Notes: generated by a model from the letters alone, not told the origin. A DNA stretch of 64,000 nucleotides from Clostridia bacterium (GCA_045586685.1 JAZNAU010000038.1:66130-130129); one strand, 5' to 3'. Positions 29,764-40,738 are shown, counted from the stretch's first letter. Made by a program: numbers and translations.

Positions 29764-30761
29764 GTCAGGTCACCTCCTGCCAGCAATGAAATCAGCCGTG
29801 CTGCAGCCTCCATGTCAGAAAACTGAAGAGTTTCCGTCATGGTATGCATATACCGCAGAGGAACAGAAATAAGAACACTCGGAATCCCCATATTGGATAA
29901 CCCAATCATATCGGTATTGGTTCCCGTGGTTCCTCCTTCCACCTCAACAGTATAAGGGATATGATGCTTTTCCGCTGTATCGCAAGCCTTTTTAAACCAT
30001 TTTGGGTGAATACAAGGACCTGTGCAAATCGCCGCACCGCTTCCTAACGGGAAACAAACACCCTCGTCCTCGCCCGGAGTCATACCAAAGGTAACATCGG
30101 TGATAATTGCAAGATCTGCATTTTGGCGTTCCATGACCGCTGCCGCACCCAAACAACCCATTTCCTCAGCCGTAGTGGCGGAAAAAATCAAGGTATGAGG
30201 ACAGTGACGTAAAGTTTGCATTACATAAAGCATAATGGCAACACCGCATTTATTATCCAATCCTTTACAACTGAGTTTCCCATTCCCAAGTTCTCGAAAA
30301 ACAGGATAAAAAGAAACGGCATCCCCGACTCTGATAAATGTTTCAGGATGTTTCATCCCAACGTCAATGGTCATATCTGTAATACAAAGCTCTCCCTTTA
30401 TGTCTTCTTTCTTTAAAAGATGAGGAGGCTTTGCACCAATAACGCCGTATAATTCTTTTTTTCCGTGAACAATCACTTCACTGCAAGGCAAAATCCGCGG
30501 ATCTATCCCTCCCACTGCAACAAAAGAAAGACTTCCGTCTTCTCGGATTTCTTTTACTTGCAAACCGATTTCGTCCATGTGTGCATCAAGGAGAACCGTT
30601 TTTCCCGATGTTCCGTACTTGATACCGATTACATTGCCAAAATCATCAATTTCTGTTGTATCACAAAATGGCAAAACCAAATCACGAATCAGTTTTGCCA
30701 TTTTTTTGTTATGCCCTGTAACAGAACAGGGTTCAGACAACTGTTTTAATAACTGTTTCAT
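29757..30761 (-). CDS. M42 (TET-like) aminopeptidase
   Basis: AHMDEIG, LDNKCG, AEEMG, DVT, RYMHT. Confidence 0.92.
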   Translation of the reverse strand: MKQLLKQLSEPCSVTGHNKKMAKLIRDLVLPFCDTTEIDDFGNVIGIKYGTSGKTVLLDAHMDEIGLQVKEIREDGSLSFVAVGGIDPRILPCSEVIVHGKKELYGVIGAKPPHLLKKEDIKGELCITDMTIDVGMKHPETFIRVGDAVSFYPVFRELGNGKLSCKGLDNKCGVAIMLYVMQTLRHCPHTLIFSATTAEEMGCLGAAAVMERQNADLAIITDVTFGMTPGEDEGVCFPLGSGAAICTGPCIHPKWFKKACDTAEKHHIPYTVEVEGGTTGTNTDMIGLSNMGIPSVLISVPLRYMHTMTETLQFSDMEAAARLISLLAGGDLTC

Positions 30762-30769
30762 CTTCTCAC

Positions 30770-32116
30770 CTACAGTTTGTTTACAAACTCTTTAAATACC
30801 CTTCCCCGTTCTTCGAAATTACAAAACATATCAAAGCTGGTGCTGGCAGGTGATAATACAACAATATCTCCTTCAACCGCTAATCGAGAAGCACAATTTA
30901 CCACCTGATCATAAGTGTCACAACGAGTAACAGGTACATTGATACCGGTTTTTTGAACCGCATTCTCAATTTTATCAGCAGTTGCACCAATCAATATTAA
31001 CTGTTTTACATGCTCTGCAATCACAGGACCCAACTCATCATAAGGAATCCCTTTATCCTTTCCGCCGGCAATCATAATAACCTTTTGCGGAAATACACTT
31101 AATGTAGAACGGCTTCGGTTAGGACTGCTGTCAATGGAACTGTTATAGTATGACACCCCATTCACCTTTCGGACAAATTCAATTCGATGCTCCACACCCC
31201 CAAAGGTTTTTGCAACACGTTCTATGGATTGATATTCTGCCAAATCCAAGGTTGCCCCAATGGCAGCCATATAATTTTCAATATTATGTCCACCGGGAAT
31301 CACAATATCTGTCACATCCATGACCCGTTCACCACGGGCGTAAATCACACCGTTTTTTTCATACACATCAGCATTTCTTTTACGAGAGAAAAACCGCACA
31401 TCTCCCTTTGCATGAATCCCAAGCTTTGCGGTATCATCATTATCTTCATTTAACACCAAGATACCCTTTTTATTTTGATGCATGAAAATATTGGTTTTCG
31501 CCTCAATATATTCTTCATAGGACTTATGCACATCCAAATGATTGGGAGATAAATTGGTAATAACAGAAATATCGGGACTATCCTTCATGGTGTGAAGCTG
31601 AAAACTGGATAATTCTAAAACAGCAACATCCTGCTCGGAAATTTCATCCAATTTTGTCAAAAGAGGAGTTCCTATATTCCCCCCCAGATGACACCGGATT
31701 CCCTGTTCCTTTAATATTAAATAAATCAATGTAGAGGTTGTGGTTTTTCCGTCACTGCCTGTAATGCCGATGATTTTTGCAGGGCAGAACTTCACAAAAA
31801 GCTCCATTTCAGAGGTCAGGATACTTCCGCCTCGTACCGCATCTTCCAACTCGGGCAAGTCAAATCTTAACCCGGGAGAACGAAAAATATAGTCTTGATT
31901 CAGCCCCTTCAGATAATCTGCTCCCAACTGAAAAGAGACAGAACACCCCGCTGCAATCTCATCCTGATTTAATTCTGTGTTTTTGTCACAGACCGTAAGC
32001 TTCGCTCCCGCATCTGCAAACACAGGAATCAAGGGTCGATTACTGACCCCTGCTCCTAAAATCGCTACACTTTTTCCTTTCAGTTCTTTTAAAAATTGAT
32101 GCCACTTATGATTCAT
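30770..32116 (-). CDS. murD: UDP-MurNAc-L-Ala:D-Glu ligase
   Basis: GSDGKTTT, GGNIG, ELSSFQL, SPASTSFD...FEERG. Confidence 0.95.
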   Translation of the reverse strand: MNHKWHQFLKELKGKSVAILGAGVSNRPLIPVFADAGAKLTVCDKNTELNQDEIAAGCSVSFQLGADYLKGLNQDYIFRSPGLRFDLPELEDAVRGGSILTSEMELFVKFCPAKIIGITGSDGKTTTSTLIYLILKEQGIRCHLGGNIGTPLLTKLDEISEQDVAVLELSSFQLHTMKDSPDISVITNLSPNHLDVHKSYEEYIEAKTNIFMHQNKKGILVLNEDNDDTAKLGIHAKGDVRFFSRKRNADVYEKNGVIYARGERVMDVTDIVIPGGHNIENYMAAIGATLDLAEYQSIERVAKTFGGVEHRIEFVRKVNGVSYYNSSIDSSPNRSRSTLSVFPQKVIMIAGGKDKGIPYDELGPVIAEHVKQLILIGATADKIENAVQKTGINVPVTRCDTYDQVVNCASRLAVEGDIVVLSPASTSFDMFCNFEERGRVFKEFVNKL

Positions 32117-32135
32117 GGCTCCCTCATTCCTTCCA

Positions 32136-33608
32136 TTAACTGGTCATTTCATTCAATGCACGGATCACCGATCTGCACAACGCTTGTGCTGCTTTGTCCT
32201 GAAATTCTTCTGATTTTAACAACGCCAATTCCTCTGGGTTACTGATAAAGGCAATTTCTGTTATGACAGCAGGGGCAATGGTCTCTCTTATCACAACCAT
32301 TTCCGCACCATCTGTAATGCCACGGTCGTACCGACCAAGTGCATCAACCAATTCCTCCTGTAAAATTTGAGCAAACCGTTGACTGGTCATTTGCGTTTCC
32401 GAATCTGGTTCGCCGTCGGGGTAATAAAGAACCGTAGTGCCGTGAGCAGAAGAACTGGTGAAGGAATTATTATGAACACTTAAAAACAAAGCAGTATCCA
32501 TACCATTGGCAATTTCAGGTCGTTCAAATAAATCCACCGCCACATCTGTCTTTCTTGTCATATAAGTTGTTGCCCCTGCCCTTTGTAAATACTCGTTCGC
32601 TTTTAACGCAATGGCAAGGTTAATGTCTTTTTCATAGGTTTCCGTTTCGTTACTTTCTCCTACTGCGCCTACGTCGTTTCCCCCATGTCCCGGGTCAATT
32701 ACCACCAGAAGCTTTTTGGCTTCTGCATGAAGTTCTGTTGCCGAAACGGGCGGCTGCACGGTAGGCTTAGGCTTCGGCGCAGGTGTTGCGGTAGGTTTGG
32801 GACTTGGAGTAGTGGTGATTTCGGGAGTTGGTGTTTCCTCTGTTATCATATCCAGAAACAACTGCCGTCCGTCCTCCGAATATGTAATCTCATAAGGTAC
32901 CATTTCTTCCATTTCCACCACAAGGCGTCCAATATAAGGAATGGTTCGGTACTGGGACCAACGAATTTCTTCAATCAGATTGCTTTCACCAGAAATTTTA
33001 CCGCTTCCGTTTTGCACCTTAGCGTCCGGAAAATTTATCACAATTCTCGTTTCGTCCAATACGCTGTCCACCACATTTGTAATGGGTTTATCAGCGCTTA
33101 TGGTAATTCGGTTTGTACTTAAATGATAAGAAACATCGGTAATGGTAAATTGAAAATTCTGATCGACTGTTACCGTTTTAGTGGTACCGTCCCAACCGAC
33201 CTTCATCCCCAGATGCTCTGATACAAAACGAACAGGAATCATGGTTCTGTCATTGATAATTTTTGCCGGCATATCCATCATGACGACCTCTCCATTGACC
33301 TTTGCCGCCGCAGCATCAATGGTAAGAATCACTTCCGTTTCTTCTAATGTAATCACAACCTGACGAGTATTGTTTTTCCATTCTACCGTAGCTCCCAACT
33401 GTTCAAAAAGACCACGGGAGGGAACCAATGTTCTGTCATTGATAATCACAGGAGGAACATCGAAGAAAAGAGGTGTTCCGTTAATTTTTAATGTAATATT
33501 ATCATTATATTCATGGACTTCACCATCATAATACAACGTCATACCGTGTACCGTTATTGAAACACTTAACAGTAAAACCAGGCATACGCACAATATTTTT
33601 ATTTTCAT
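32136..33608 (-). CDS. Secreted N-acetylmuramoyl-L-alanine amidase (Cu-amine-oxidase N-domain, AMIN-like, Amidase_3)
   Basis: Signal peptide; NDRTMIPVRFVSE; IDPGHGG, SVHNN, EIAFISN. Confidence 0.9.
   Translation of the reverse strand: MKIKILCVCLVLLLSVSITVHGMTLYYDGEVHEYNDNITLKINGTPLFFDVPPVIINDRTLVPSRGLFEQLGATVEWKNNTRQVVITLEETEVILTIDAAAAKVNGEVVMMDMPAKIINDRTMIPVRFVSEHLGMKVGWDGTTKTVTVDQNFQFTITDVSYHLSTNRITISADKPITNVVDSVLDETRIVINFPDAKVQNGSGKISGESNLIEEIRWSQYRTIPYIGRLVVEMEEMVPYEITYSEDGRQLFLDMITEETPTPEITTTPSPKPTATPAPKPKPTVQPPVSATELHAEAKKLLVVIDPGHGGNDVGAVGESNETETYEKDINLAIALKANEYLQRAGATTYMTRKTDVAVDLFERPEIANGMDTALFLSVHNNSFTSSSAHGTTVLYYPDGEPDSETQMTSQRFAQILQEELVDALGRYDRGITDGAEMVVIRETIAPAVITEIAFISNPEELALLKSEEFQDKAAQALCRSVIRALNEMTS
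32748..32835 (-). repeat. Pro/Thr-rich low-complexity linker in the amidase
   Basis: TPTPEITTTPSPKPTATPAPKPKPTVQPP. Confidence 0.7.
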
Positions 33609-33679
33609 TTGTTTTCTCCTTTATGGTAAATATTTTCCCCCTTTATATACAAAATACGACAATTACAATCGTTTTCCTC

Positions 33680-33696
33680 TTAACAATTATGTTACA
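33680..33696 (-). promoter_or_regulatory. WalR-like box upstream of the amidase
   Basis: TGTAAC-ATAAT-TGTTAA fits TGTWAH-N5-TGTWAH. Confidence 0.5.
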
Positions 33697-34699
33697 ACCA
33701 GGACTTTTGCACCTGACGTCCGAAATGCTCATAAGCACGTGGTGCGGCAACACGGCCGCGGGGCGTTCTGTCCATAAATCCAATCTGCATGAGATAGGGC
33801 TCATATACATCTTCCAACGTTGTGGCTTCCTCTCCGATGCAGGCAGCCAACGTTTCTAACCCCACAGGGCCTCCGTTAAATTTATCAATAATGGTTAAAA
33901 TCAATTTTTTATCAATGGCATCTAAACCAAGACGGTCTACTTCCATTAAATTAAGCGCCATGTCGGCAACTTCCTTATGAATGACACCGTCCCCTTTAAT
34001 CTGCGCAAAATCACGGACACGGCGAAGCAACCGATTGGCAATTCGTGGCGTTCCTCTTGCGCGAAGGGCAAGCTCTCTTGCTCCGCTCGTTTCGATTTCA
34101 ATTCCTAAGATTCCTGCAGAACGGGTAATAATATTCATCAATTCTTCTGTGGTATACATTTCCAGACGAAATAACACACCAAATCTGTCACGTAGAGGAG
34201 CAGATAAATCCCCCGCTCTGGTGGTGGCTCCTACCAATGTGAATTTAGGCAAATCAAGGCGAATGGATTTTGCGGTGGGACCTTTTCCAATCATAATATC
34301 CAACGCATAATCTTCCATTGCGGGGTACAAAATTTCCTCTACCATTTTGGAAAGGCGGTGAATTTCATCGATAAACAACACATCCCCGTCTGAAAGGTTG
34401 GTTAAAATTGCTGCCAGGTCACCCGGCTTTTCAATGGCGGGGCCTGTGGTAATTTTAATATTAACGCCCATTTCATTGGCAATAATCCCCGCAAGAGTGG
34501 TTTTTCCCAATCCAGGAGGACCGTACAACAACACATGATCCAGACTTTCCTTTCTTTGTTTTGCCGCCTGCATAAACACATTCAGATTATCCTTTACCTT
34601 TTCCTGACCGATATAATCTCTCAATTTTTTCGGACGGATTCCAACCTCAAAATCATTTTCTTCATTCAGCATACCGCTACTTACCAATCTGTCATCCAT
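33692..34699 (-). CDS. ruvB: Holliday junction helicase RuvB
   Basis: [25 protein letters not shown]. Confidence 0.98.
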   Translation of the reverse strand: MDDRLVSSGMLNEENDFEVGIRPKKLRDYIGQEKVKDNLNVFMQAAKQRKESLDHVLLYGPPGLGKTTLAGIIANEMGVNIKITTGPAIEKPGDLAAILTNLSDGDVLFIDEIHRLSKMVEEILYPAMEDYALDIMIGKGPTAKSIRLDLPKFTLVGATTRAGDLSAPLRDRFGVLFRLEMYTTEELMNIITRSAGILGIEIETSGARELALRARGTPRIANRLLRRVRDFAQIKGDGVIHKEVADMALNLMEVDRLGLDAIDKKLILTIIDKFNGGPVGLETLAACIGEEATTLEDVYEPYLMQIGFMDRTPRGRVAAPRAYEHFGRQVQKSWL

Positions 34700-34715
34700 G
34701 GAATCGTTCCACCTC

Positions 34716-35300
34716 CTACTTCATTAGTAATTTTAATGCCGCCTTTACAGTATTCTCCGTACTTTCGGTGTTTCCTGCCTGAGCCACTGCTTTTTTTGCT
34801 TCAGACTGAGAATACCCTAATACCATCAACGCACTGACAGCCTCGTTTTCGTCTATTCCGACTTCTTCCTCCATCAGGGTTGACTGTTGAATCAAATTGT
34901 CATTCTTTAACTTATCCTTCAATTCCAAAATAATTCTCTGGGCAACCTTAGGTCCTACACCAGGTGCCTTTGTAATCGTCTTTACATTTCCGGTTACCAC
35001 AGCCAATGCAAATTCCGAAGGCGGAATGGTGGATAATAGTGCCAATCCCACCTTAGGACCCACTCCTGAAACCGAAATCAGCATTTCAAATGTAGACAAT
35101 TCTTCTTGTGTCAAGAATCCGTACAAATCCATCACATCTTCTCGAATATGCAAATATGTGTATATTTTTTCACTCTTATCCAATGTCGTTCTATGGAGTA
35201 CAGAATCAGATGTAAATACCCTGTAACCCACACCATTATTATCAATTACAACAAAATTTACTCCTTTATGTACAACTGTTCCTTTGATATAATGATACAA
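34716..35300 (-). CDS. ruvA: Holliday junction binding protein RuvA
   Basis: [24 protein letters not shown]. Confidence 0.96.
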   Translation of the reverse strand: MYHYIKGTVVHKGVNFVVIDNNGVGYRVFTSDSVLHRTTLDKSEKIYTYLHIREDVMDLYGFLTQEELSTFEMLISVSGVGPKVGLALLSTIPPSEFALAVVTGNVKTITKAPGVGPKVAQRIILELKDKLKNDNLIQQSTLMEEEVGIDENEAVSALMVLGYSQSEAKKAVAQAGNTESTENTVKAALKLLMK

Positions 35301-35378
35301 ATTTTATTCATTCCTTTCCGTAATTTGTGTATAAATTTCCGTTTTTTTCAATTTTTCAAACTTTTTTTCGTTTTCCTA

Positions 35379-35407
35379 TTGTATATTGTATCATATTTTA
35401 GTATAAT
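35379..35407 (+). promoter_or_regulatory. sigma-A promoter of argGH (weak ARG-box-like overlap)
   Basis: TTGTAT-17-TATAAT. Confidence 0.6.
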
Positions 35408-35448
35408 AATAAATAGAAATTTTAAAAAATTTTTTGGAGGTCATAAAA

Positions 35449-36660
35449 ATGGCAAAAGAAAAAGTAATTTTAGCGTACTCAGGCGGTCTGGATACTTCCA
35501 TTATTATTCCGTGGCTGCAAGAAAATTTTGACTATGAAGTCATTGCAGTTGCCGCTGACGTCGGTCAGGGAAAGGAACTGGAACCCCTTCATGAAAAAGC
35601 ACTGAAAACCGGTGCAAGCAAGATTTACATAGAAGATCTGAAAGAAGAATTTGTAACAGACTTTATTTATCCTACCGTACAGGCTCAGGCTGTCTATGAA
35701 GGAAAATATTTATTAGGAACCTCTTTTGCACGTCCTTTGATTGCTAAAAGACTGGTTGAAATTGCCCGTCAAGAAGGTGCTACCGCAATTTGTCACGGTT
35801 GTACCGGAAAGGGAAACGATCAGGTTCGTTTTGAGCTGACCATTAAAGCGCTGGCTCCCGACCTGAAAATTATTGCTCCTTGGAGAATGTGGGATATTAC
35901 CTCCCGTGAAGAAGAAATTGATTATGCTCTGGCTCGCGGAATCGATGTTCCTGTTACCAAGGAAGACAACTACAGCATGGATAAAAACTTGTGGCACTTA
36001 AGCCATGAAGGAATGGATTTGGAAGACCCCTGGAATGAACCTCAAGCAAAAATTTTGCAAATGATGGTAACTCCCGAAGAAGCTCCCGACACCCCTACTT
36101 ATGTAGAGATTGAATTTGAAAAGGGAATTCCCACCAAAATCAACGGAAAAGAATATGCTCCCGTTGCAATGATTGAAGAATTGAACCGACTGGGCGGTGA
36201 AAACGGTATAGGTATTGCCGATTTGGTTGAAAACCGTCTGGTAGGTATGAAATCCCGTGGTGTTTACGAAACTCCAGGCGGAACTATTTTATATGCTGCA
36301 CATCGGGAACTGGAATATCTGACTCTGGATCGCCGTACCATGCATTACAAGGAACAAGTTGCAAATCAGATGGCTGAATTGATTTATGACGGTTTGTGGT
36401 ACACCCCTCTTCGTGAGGCGCTGTCCGCTTTTGTGACTTCTACTCAGCAAACTGTAACAGGTACTGTTCGCTTGAAACTGTATAAGGGCAACTGCATCGT
36501 AGCAGGAAGCAAATCTCCTTACTCTTTGTACAGCGAAGAATTTGCTACCTTTAACAGTGATGAAGTATATAATCAGAAAGATGCCGAAGGCTTTATCAAT
36601 CTGTTTGGTCTGCCCCTCAAGGTTCGTGCTATGTTGTTGGGCGACAAAGAGGTGAAATAA
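35449..36660 (+). CDS. argG: Argininosuccinate synthase
   Basis: [28 protein letters not shown]. Confidence 0.98.
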   Translation: MAKEKVILAYSGGLDTSIIIPWLQENFDYEVIAVAADVGQGKELEPLHEKALKTGASKIYIEDLKEEFVTDFIYPTVQAQAVYEGKYLLGTSFARPLIAKRLVEIARQEGATAICHGCTGKGNDQVRFELTIKALAPDLKIIAPWRMWDITSREEEIDYALARGIDVPVTKEDNYSMDKNLWHLSHEGMDLEDPWNEPQAKILQMMVTPEEAPDTPTYVEIEFEKGIPTKINGKEYAPVAMIEELNRLGGENGIGIADLVENRLVGMKSRGVYETPGGTILYAAHRELEYLTLDRRTMHYKEQVANQMAELIYDGLWYTPLREALSAFVTSTQQTVTGTVRLKLYKGNCIVAGSKSPYSLYSEEFATFNSDEVYNQKDAEGFINLFGLPLKVRAMLLGDKEVK

Positions 36661-36663
36661 TTC

Positions 36664-38040
36664 ATGGATAAGAAAAAGCTATGGGGCGGTCGGTTTTCTA
36701 AACAAACTGACGCACTTGTAGATGATTTTAATTCTTCCATTCATTTTGACCATAAAATGTACCGTCAGGATATCAAAGGAAGCATGGCTCATGCCAAAAT
36801 GCTTGGAAAATGCGGGATTATCCCGTCTGAAGATGCAGACTTGATTGTCAAAACACTGGAAGAAATTTTAGAGGATATTGAACAGGGCAAGGTTTCCTTC
36901 TCTGTTGAAGCGGAAGATATTCACATGAATATAGAAACCATTCTGATTGAACGAATCGGTGAAGTCGGAAAACGGTTACATACCGGAAGAAGCCGTAATG
37001 ATCAGGTGGCATTGGACATCAGAATGTATCTGATGGACGAAACGAACGAACTGTTACAACTGCTTACCCATTTGATGAAGGTGCTGTACCGTCTTGCAAA
37101 GGAAAATCAGGACACCATTATGCCCGGATACACCCATTTGCAAAAAGCACAGCCCATCAACTTTGCTCATCATATGCTGGCTTATTTTGAAATGTTCCGT
37201 CGGGACTGCGAACGGCTTTCAGACTGCAAAAAACGCACCAATCGGATGCCTTTGGGCTCGGGCGCGTTGGCTGGCACCACCTACCCTCTTGACAGAGAAT
37301 TTGTGGCAAAAGAGCTGGGATTCGATGAAATTACCAGAAATAGCCTGGACGGTGTTTCCGACCGTGATTTTGTATTGGAGCTAGGTTTTTGTTTGTCTGT
37401 TATCATGGTTCACATCAGCCGTTTTTCCGAGGAAATTATCTTGTGGAACACAGGTGAATTTTCCTTTGTGGAAATGGATGATGCATACAGTACCGGAAGT
37501 TCCATCATGCCCCAAAAGAAAAATCCCGATGTGGCTGAGCTTGCGCGGGGAAAATCAGGTCGGGTATTTGGTGATTTAATGGGTTTGCTTACCGTGATGA
37601 AAGGTTTGCCTCTTGCTTATAATAAAGATATGCAAGAAGATAAGGAACAGATTTTTGATGCGGTGGACACAGTGAAAATGTGTTTACAGGTATTTATCAA
37701 AATGATTGACACCATGAAAGTTCAAAAAGAGGAAATGCTTTCAAAAGCAAGACTGGGATTTACCAACGCAACAGATGCGGCTGATTATTTGGTGAAAAAA
37801 GGGGTTCCCTTCCGTGATGCTCACGGAATTATTGGACGGATGGTGGCATATGCCATTGAACATCAAAAGGCACTTGACGATTTTACAATGGAAGAATTTA
37901 AAACCTTCTCTCCCCTGATTGAACAGGATATCTACAAAGAAATCAGTGTTCAAACCTGTGTGGAAGAACGTGGGATTGCGGGTGCACCAGGAGCCGTTGC
38001 TGAAGCCTTGACGGAAGCAAAGAAATATTTAAATCTGTGA
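36664..38040 (+). CDS. argH: Argininosuccinate lyase
   Basis: [23 protein letters not shown]. Confidence 0.98.
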   Translation: MDKKKLWGGRFSKQTDALVDDFNSSIHFDHKMYRQDIKGSMAHAKMLGKCGIIPSEDADLIVKTLEEILEDIEQGKVSFSVEAEDIHMNIETILIERIGEVGKRLHTGRSRNDQVALDIRMYLMDETNELLQLLTHLMKVLYRLAKENQDTIMPGYTHLQKAQPINFAHHMLAYFEMFRRDCERLSDCKKRTNRMPLGSGALAGTTYPLDREFVAKELGFDEITRNSLDGVSDRDFVLELGFCLSVIMVHISRFSEEIILWNTGEFSFVEMDDAYSTGSSIMPQKKNPDVAELARGKSGRVFGDLMGLLTVMKGLPLAYNKDMQEDKEQIFDAVDTVKMCLQVFIKMIDTMKVQKEEMLSKARLGFTNATDAADYLVKKGVPFRDAHGIIGRMVAYAIEHQKALDDFTMEEFKTFSPLIEQDIYKEISVQTCVEERGIAGAPGAVAEALTEAKKYLNL

Positions 38041-38053
38041 TTTGAAAAAAATG

Positions 38054-38083
38054 GTATAAAAGAATCACTCTTTGTTCATTCTA
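38054..38083 (+). promoter_or_regulatory. sigma-G-like promoter of rubrerythrin
   Basis: GTATA-18-CATTCTA fits sigma-G GHATR-(17-18)-CAWAHTA/CATTCTA. Confidence 0.6.
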
Positions 38084-38106
38084 ATGACGAAGAGTGATTT
38101 TATTTT
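38063..38106 (+). terminator. argGH terminator
   Basis: aatcactctt...aagagtgatt stem followed by ttatttt. Confidence 0.65.
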
Positions 38107-38120
38107 AGGAGGTTTTCTCT

Positions 38121-38657
38121 ATGGATTTGAAAGGAAGTAGGACAGAAGCTAATTTAATGGCAGCATTTGCCGGAGAATCACAGGCAAGAAACAAATATAC
38201 CTATTATGCTTCAAAAGCTAAAAAAGACGGTTATGAGCAAATCGGTGCTATTTTTACCGAAACGGCAAATAACGAAAAGGAACACGCGGAAATCTGGTTT
38301 AAATTACTTCATAACGGAATGCAATCAACAGACATCAATTTACAGGATGCCGCAGATGGTGAGCATTTTGAGTGGTCTGAAATGTATAAACAATTTGCCC
38401 AAGAAGCAAAGGAAGAGGGATTTGACCAAATCTCCGCATTATTTTCGAAGGTTGCGGACATTGAAAAGCACCACGAAGAACGATTTTTAACATTACTTTC
38501 CAATATTAAAAATAAAGAAGTATTTCAGAAAAAAGAAAACGTCAAATGGCTTTGCTCCAACTGCGGACATATTCATGAAGGAACAGATGCACCCGGTGTT
38601 TGCCCCGTTTGTTCCCATGCACAAAGTTATTTTCAATTAGAAGCAGAAAATTATTAA
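38121..38657 (+). CDS. rbr: Rubrerythrin
   Basis: AFAGESQA, EKEHA, EKHH di-iron motifs; C-terminal CSNC/CPVC. Confidence 0.95.
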   Translation: MDLKGSRTEANLMAAFAGESQARNKYTYYASKAKKDGYEQIGAIFTETANNEKEHAEIWFKLLHNGMQSTDINLQDAADGEHFEWSEMYKQFAQEAKEEGFDQISALFSKVADIEKHHEERFLTLLSNIKNKEVFQKKENVKWLCSNCGHIHEGTDAPGVCPVCSHAQSYFQLEAENY

Positions 38658-38675
38658 AAATACCGCATTTTTCCA

Positions 38676-38704
38676 GCATATTCTTTACATTCCGACACAA
38701 AATA
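38676..38704 (+). promoter_or_regulatory. sigma-G-like promoter of the SASP gene
   Basis: GCATA-17-CAAAATA. Confidence 0.6.
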
Positions 38705-38751
38705 TGATTGTAACTTGATTACAAAAAATTTTTATAGGAGTGAAAATGATT

Positions 38752-38943
38752 ATGTCTAGAAACAAGACTATGGTACCTGAAGCAAAGGAAGCTATGGAAA
38801 GATTTAAAATGGAAGCTGCCAGCGAAGTTGGCGTAAACCTGAAGCAGGGATACAACGGAGATCTGACCTCTCGTCAGGCAGGATCTGTTGGCGGCCAGAT
38901 GGTTAAAAAGATGATTGAATCTTACGAAAACAGCATGAAATAA
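38752..38943 (+). CDS. alpha/beta-type small acid-soluble spore protein
   Basis: FKMEAASEVGV, GDLTSRQAGSVGGQMVKKMI. Confidence 0.95.
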   Translation: MSRNKTMVPEAKEAMERFKMEAASEVGVNLKQGYNGDLTSRQAGSVGGQMVKKMIESYENSMK

Positions 38944-39027
38944 GCTGATTTCATAATCAGTGATAATAGCAGACATAGGGAAACCGAATTGGTGTTAACC
39001 AAATTTCTATTGATGCCCTCTATCTGC

Positions 39028-39064
39028 AAAAAGGAACTGTATCCGAAGGGATACAGTTCCTTTT
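39028..39064. terminator. Bidirectional terminator between SASP and GH3
   Basis: aaaaggaactgtatcc-gaag-ggatacagttcctttt. Confidence 0.9.
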
Positions 39065-39076
39065 ATCATTTGTTAA

Positions 39077-40738
39077 TCAATATACATCATTTGTTTTTGT
39101 GATGGGATTTAACGGGAATGGACTTTGATCAGTAAAGTTCAGCTCTCCGTAAAGTCCTCTTACAAAACCTTCAACGGATTCCTTGTTATAACTATAGCAG
39201 TTAACAAATGTATGAGCAGTAGTAAAGTAGTTGAAGAAAATGTTAGGTGAACCAAAAGAAACGCCTACTGATTTTTCCAAGCCTTCTATCATAATACTGC
39301 GCATCATCTTACATTCGTTACCGAAGAAGAACTGTCCTCCGGGAGGTGCATGGAATCCAACATAGGTTGCATACACAATAAGATCATATTCATTCAAGGT
39401 GGCATTATCCTCATAGGAAAAACCTACTTGAAAATCCGTCTTTGCGCCATGTTTTTCAAATTCAGGAATCATATATTGTTCAATACGCTTTAGACACAGA
39501 TCAGAATAACCAATGTAAACAATCTTTACCTTTTTAATTTTATTTTTATCGACAGGCACAAAATTTGTTCTGTTGGCAGTTAAGGTAAGTCCTTTTTCAG
39601 CAATTTCTTCAGCAACTTGATGGATATTATTTGCAATTTCCTCCATTCGTTCCTCGTTCACATGAGGTATTTTCCCTTGAGAAAACAACCCTGCCTTTTC
39701 CTTTAATTTTAAAACTCTTCGACAAGCGTCGTCAATTCTGCTTTCAGAAAGTTCTCCTGAAAGTACAGCCTCTTCAATAATATCAATATAATTAAGAGGA
39801 GTGGGAGCAACAATCATATCCATTCCCGCTTTTAAACATTCGACATAAACCTGTCCTTCGGGATACACTGCTTTGAATGCTTTCATGCTTGTATCATCTG
39901 TCACGCATACTCCTTCAAAACCTAATTTTTCTTTAATCAACCCCGTTACAACCTTGTAAGAAAGAGTGGATGGCAAAAGTGCTCCGTTTACTCTGGTATC
40001 ATCCACATCTTTAAAGGTGCCATGACCAACCATAATACTATCAACGCCAGCTTCAATACATGCCCTAAACTCCTTGCCCTGAGTTTTTTCCCATTCTTCA
40101 TAAGTTACTGAATAGGAAGCTGTGCAAAAGTGAGTATCTCTATATTCATATGGATCACTTCCGGGAAAATGCTTTGCACCTGATGCTATGTTTCCATCTC
40201 TCATCCCTTTTATAAATGCAGAAAGAAGCTTACAGTTGTTTTCGCGATCAGAAGACAAGAAACGCAAATCCTTATAAAAACCGGGATTGTCCGCAACAGG
40301 ACTCCATATCCAACGAAAACCTGATTCGCGAGCATCTTCTGCTAAGTTTTTTGCATAGCGATATGCCAAGTCAGCATCTCTGGTTACTCCAAGTCCCGCT
40401 GCAGTGGGAAGAGCAGCATGGTTCTCAAATTTACTTTCCGGAATGCCTTGTGCTGCATCAATGGCAGGTATCATAGGAATTTTTATGCATTCATTAACAA
40501 AATTTTCGAAGTTAATAAGCATATTTTCTTTTCTTCCCAATAATTCTGGATTTCCATACTCAGTTTCAATTGCTTGAAAAACCTCTTTTGCTTCCGTACT
40601 TTCCCAAATACCGCCAATGGGATTATCCGTAAAATATTGTCTTGGGTTTTCCAATTCTTTCAATCTCTTAAGTTGAAGGATCATTGTCTGACCAATTTTT
40701 TCACGCAAGGTCAATTCTTCAAGTTTAGGGATTTTCAT
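39077..40738 (-). CDS. GH3 beta-N-acetylhexosaminidase-like protein (cytoplasmic)
   Basis: LREKIGQ, KHFPG...DTH, SIMVGH, LGFEGVCVTDD; no signal peptide. Confidence 0.85.
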   Translation of the reverse strand: MKIPKLEELTLREKIGQTMILQLKRLKELENPRQYFTDNPIGGIWESTEAKEVFQAIETEYGNPELLGRKENMLINFENFVNECIKIPMIPAIDAAQGIPESKFENHAALPTAAGLGVTRDADLAYRYAKNLAEDARESGFRWIWSPVADNPGFYKDLRFLSSDRENNCKLLSAFIKGMRDGNIASGAKHFPGSDPYEYRDTHFCTASYSVTYEEWEKTQGKEFRACIEAGVDSIMVGHGTFKDVDDTRVNGALLPSTLSYKVVTGLIKEKLGFEGVCVTDDTSMKAFKAVYPEGQVYVECLKAGMDMIVAPTPLNYIDIIEEAVLSGELSESRIDDACRRVLKLKEKAGLFSQGKIPHVNEERMEEIANNIHQVAEEIAEKGLTLTANRTNFVPVDKNKIKKVKIVYIGYSDLCLKRIEQYMIPEFEKHGAKTDFQVGFSYEDNATLNEYDLIVYATYVGFHAPPGGQFFFGNECKMMRSIMIEGLEKSVGVSFGSPNIFFNYFTTAHTFVNCYSYNKESVEGFVRGLYGELNFTDQSPFPLNPITKTNDVY

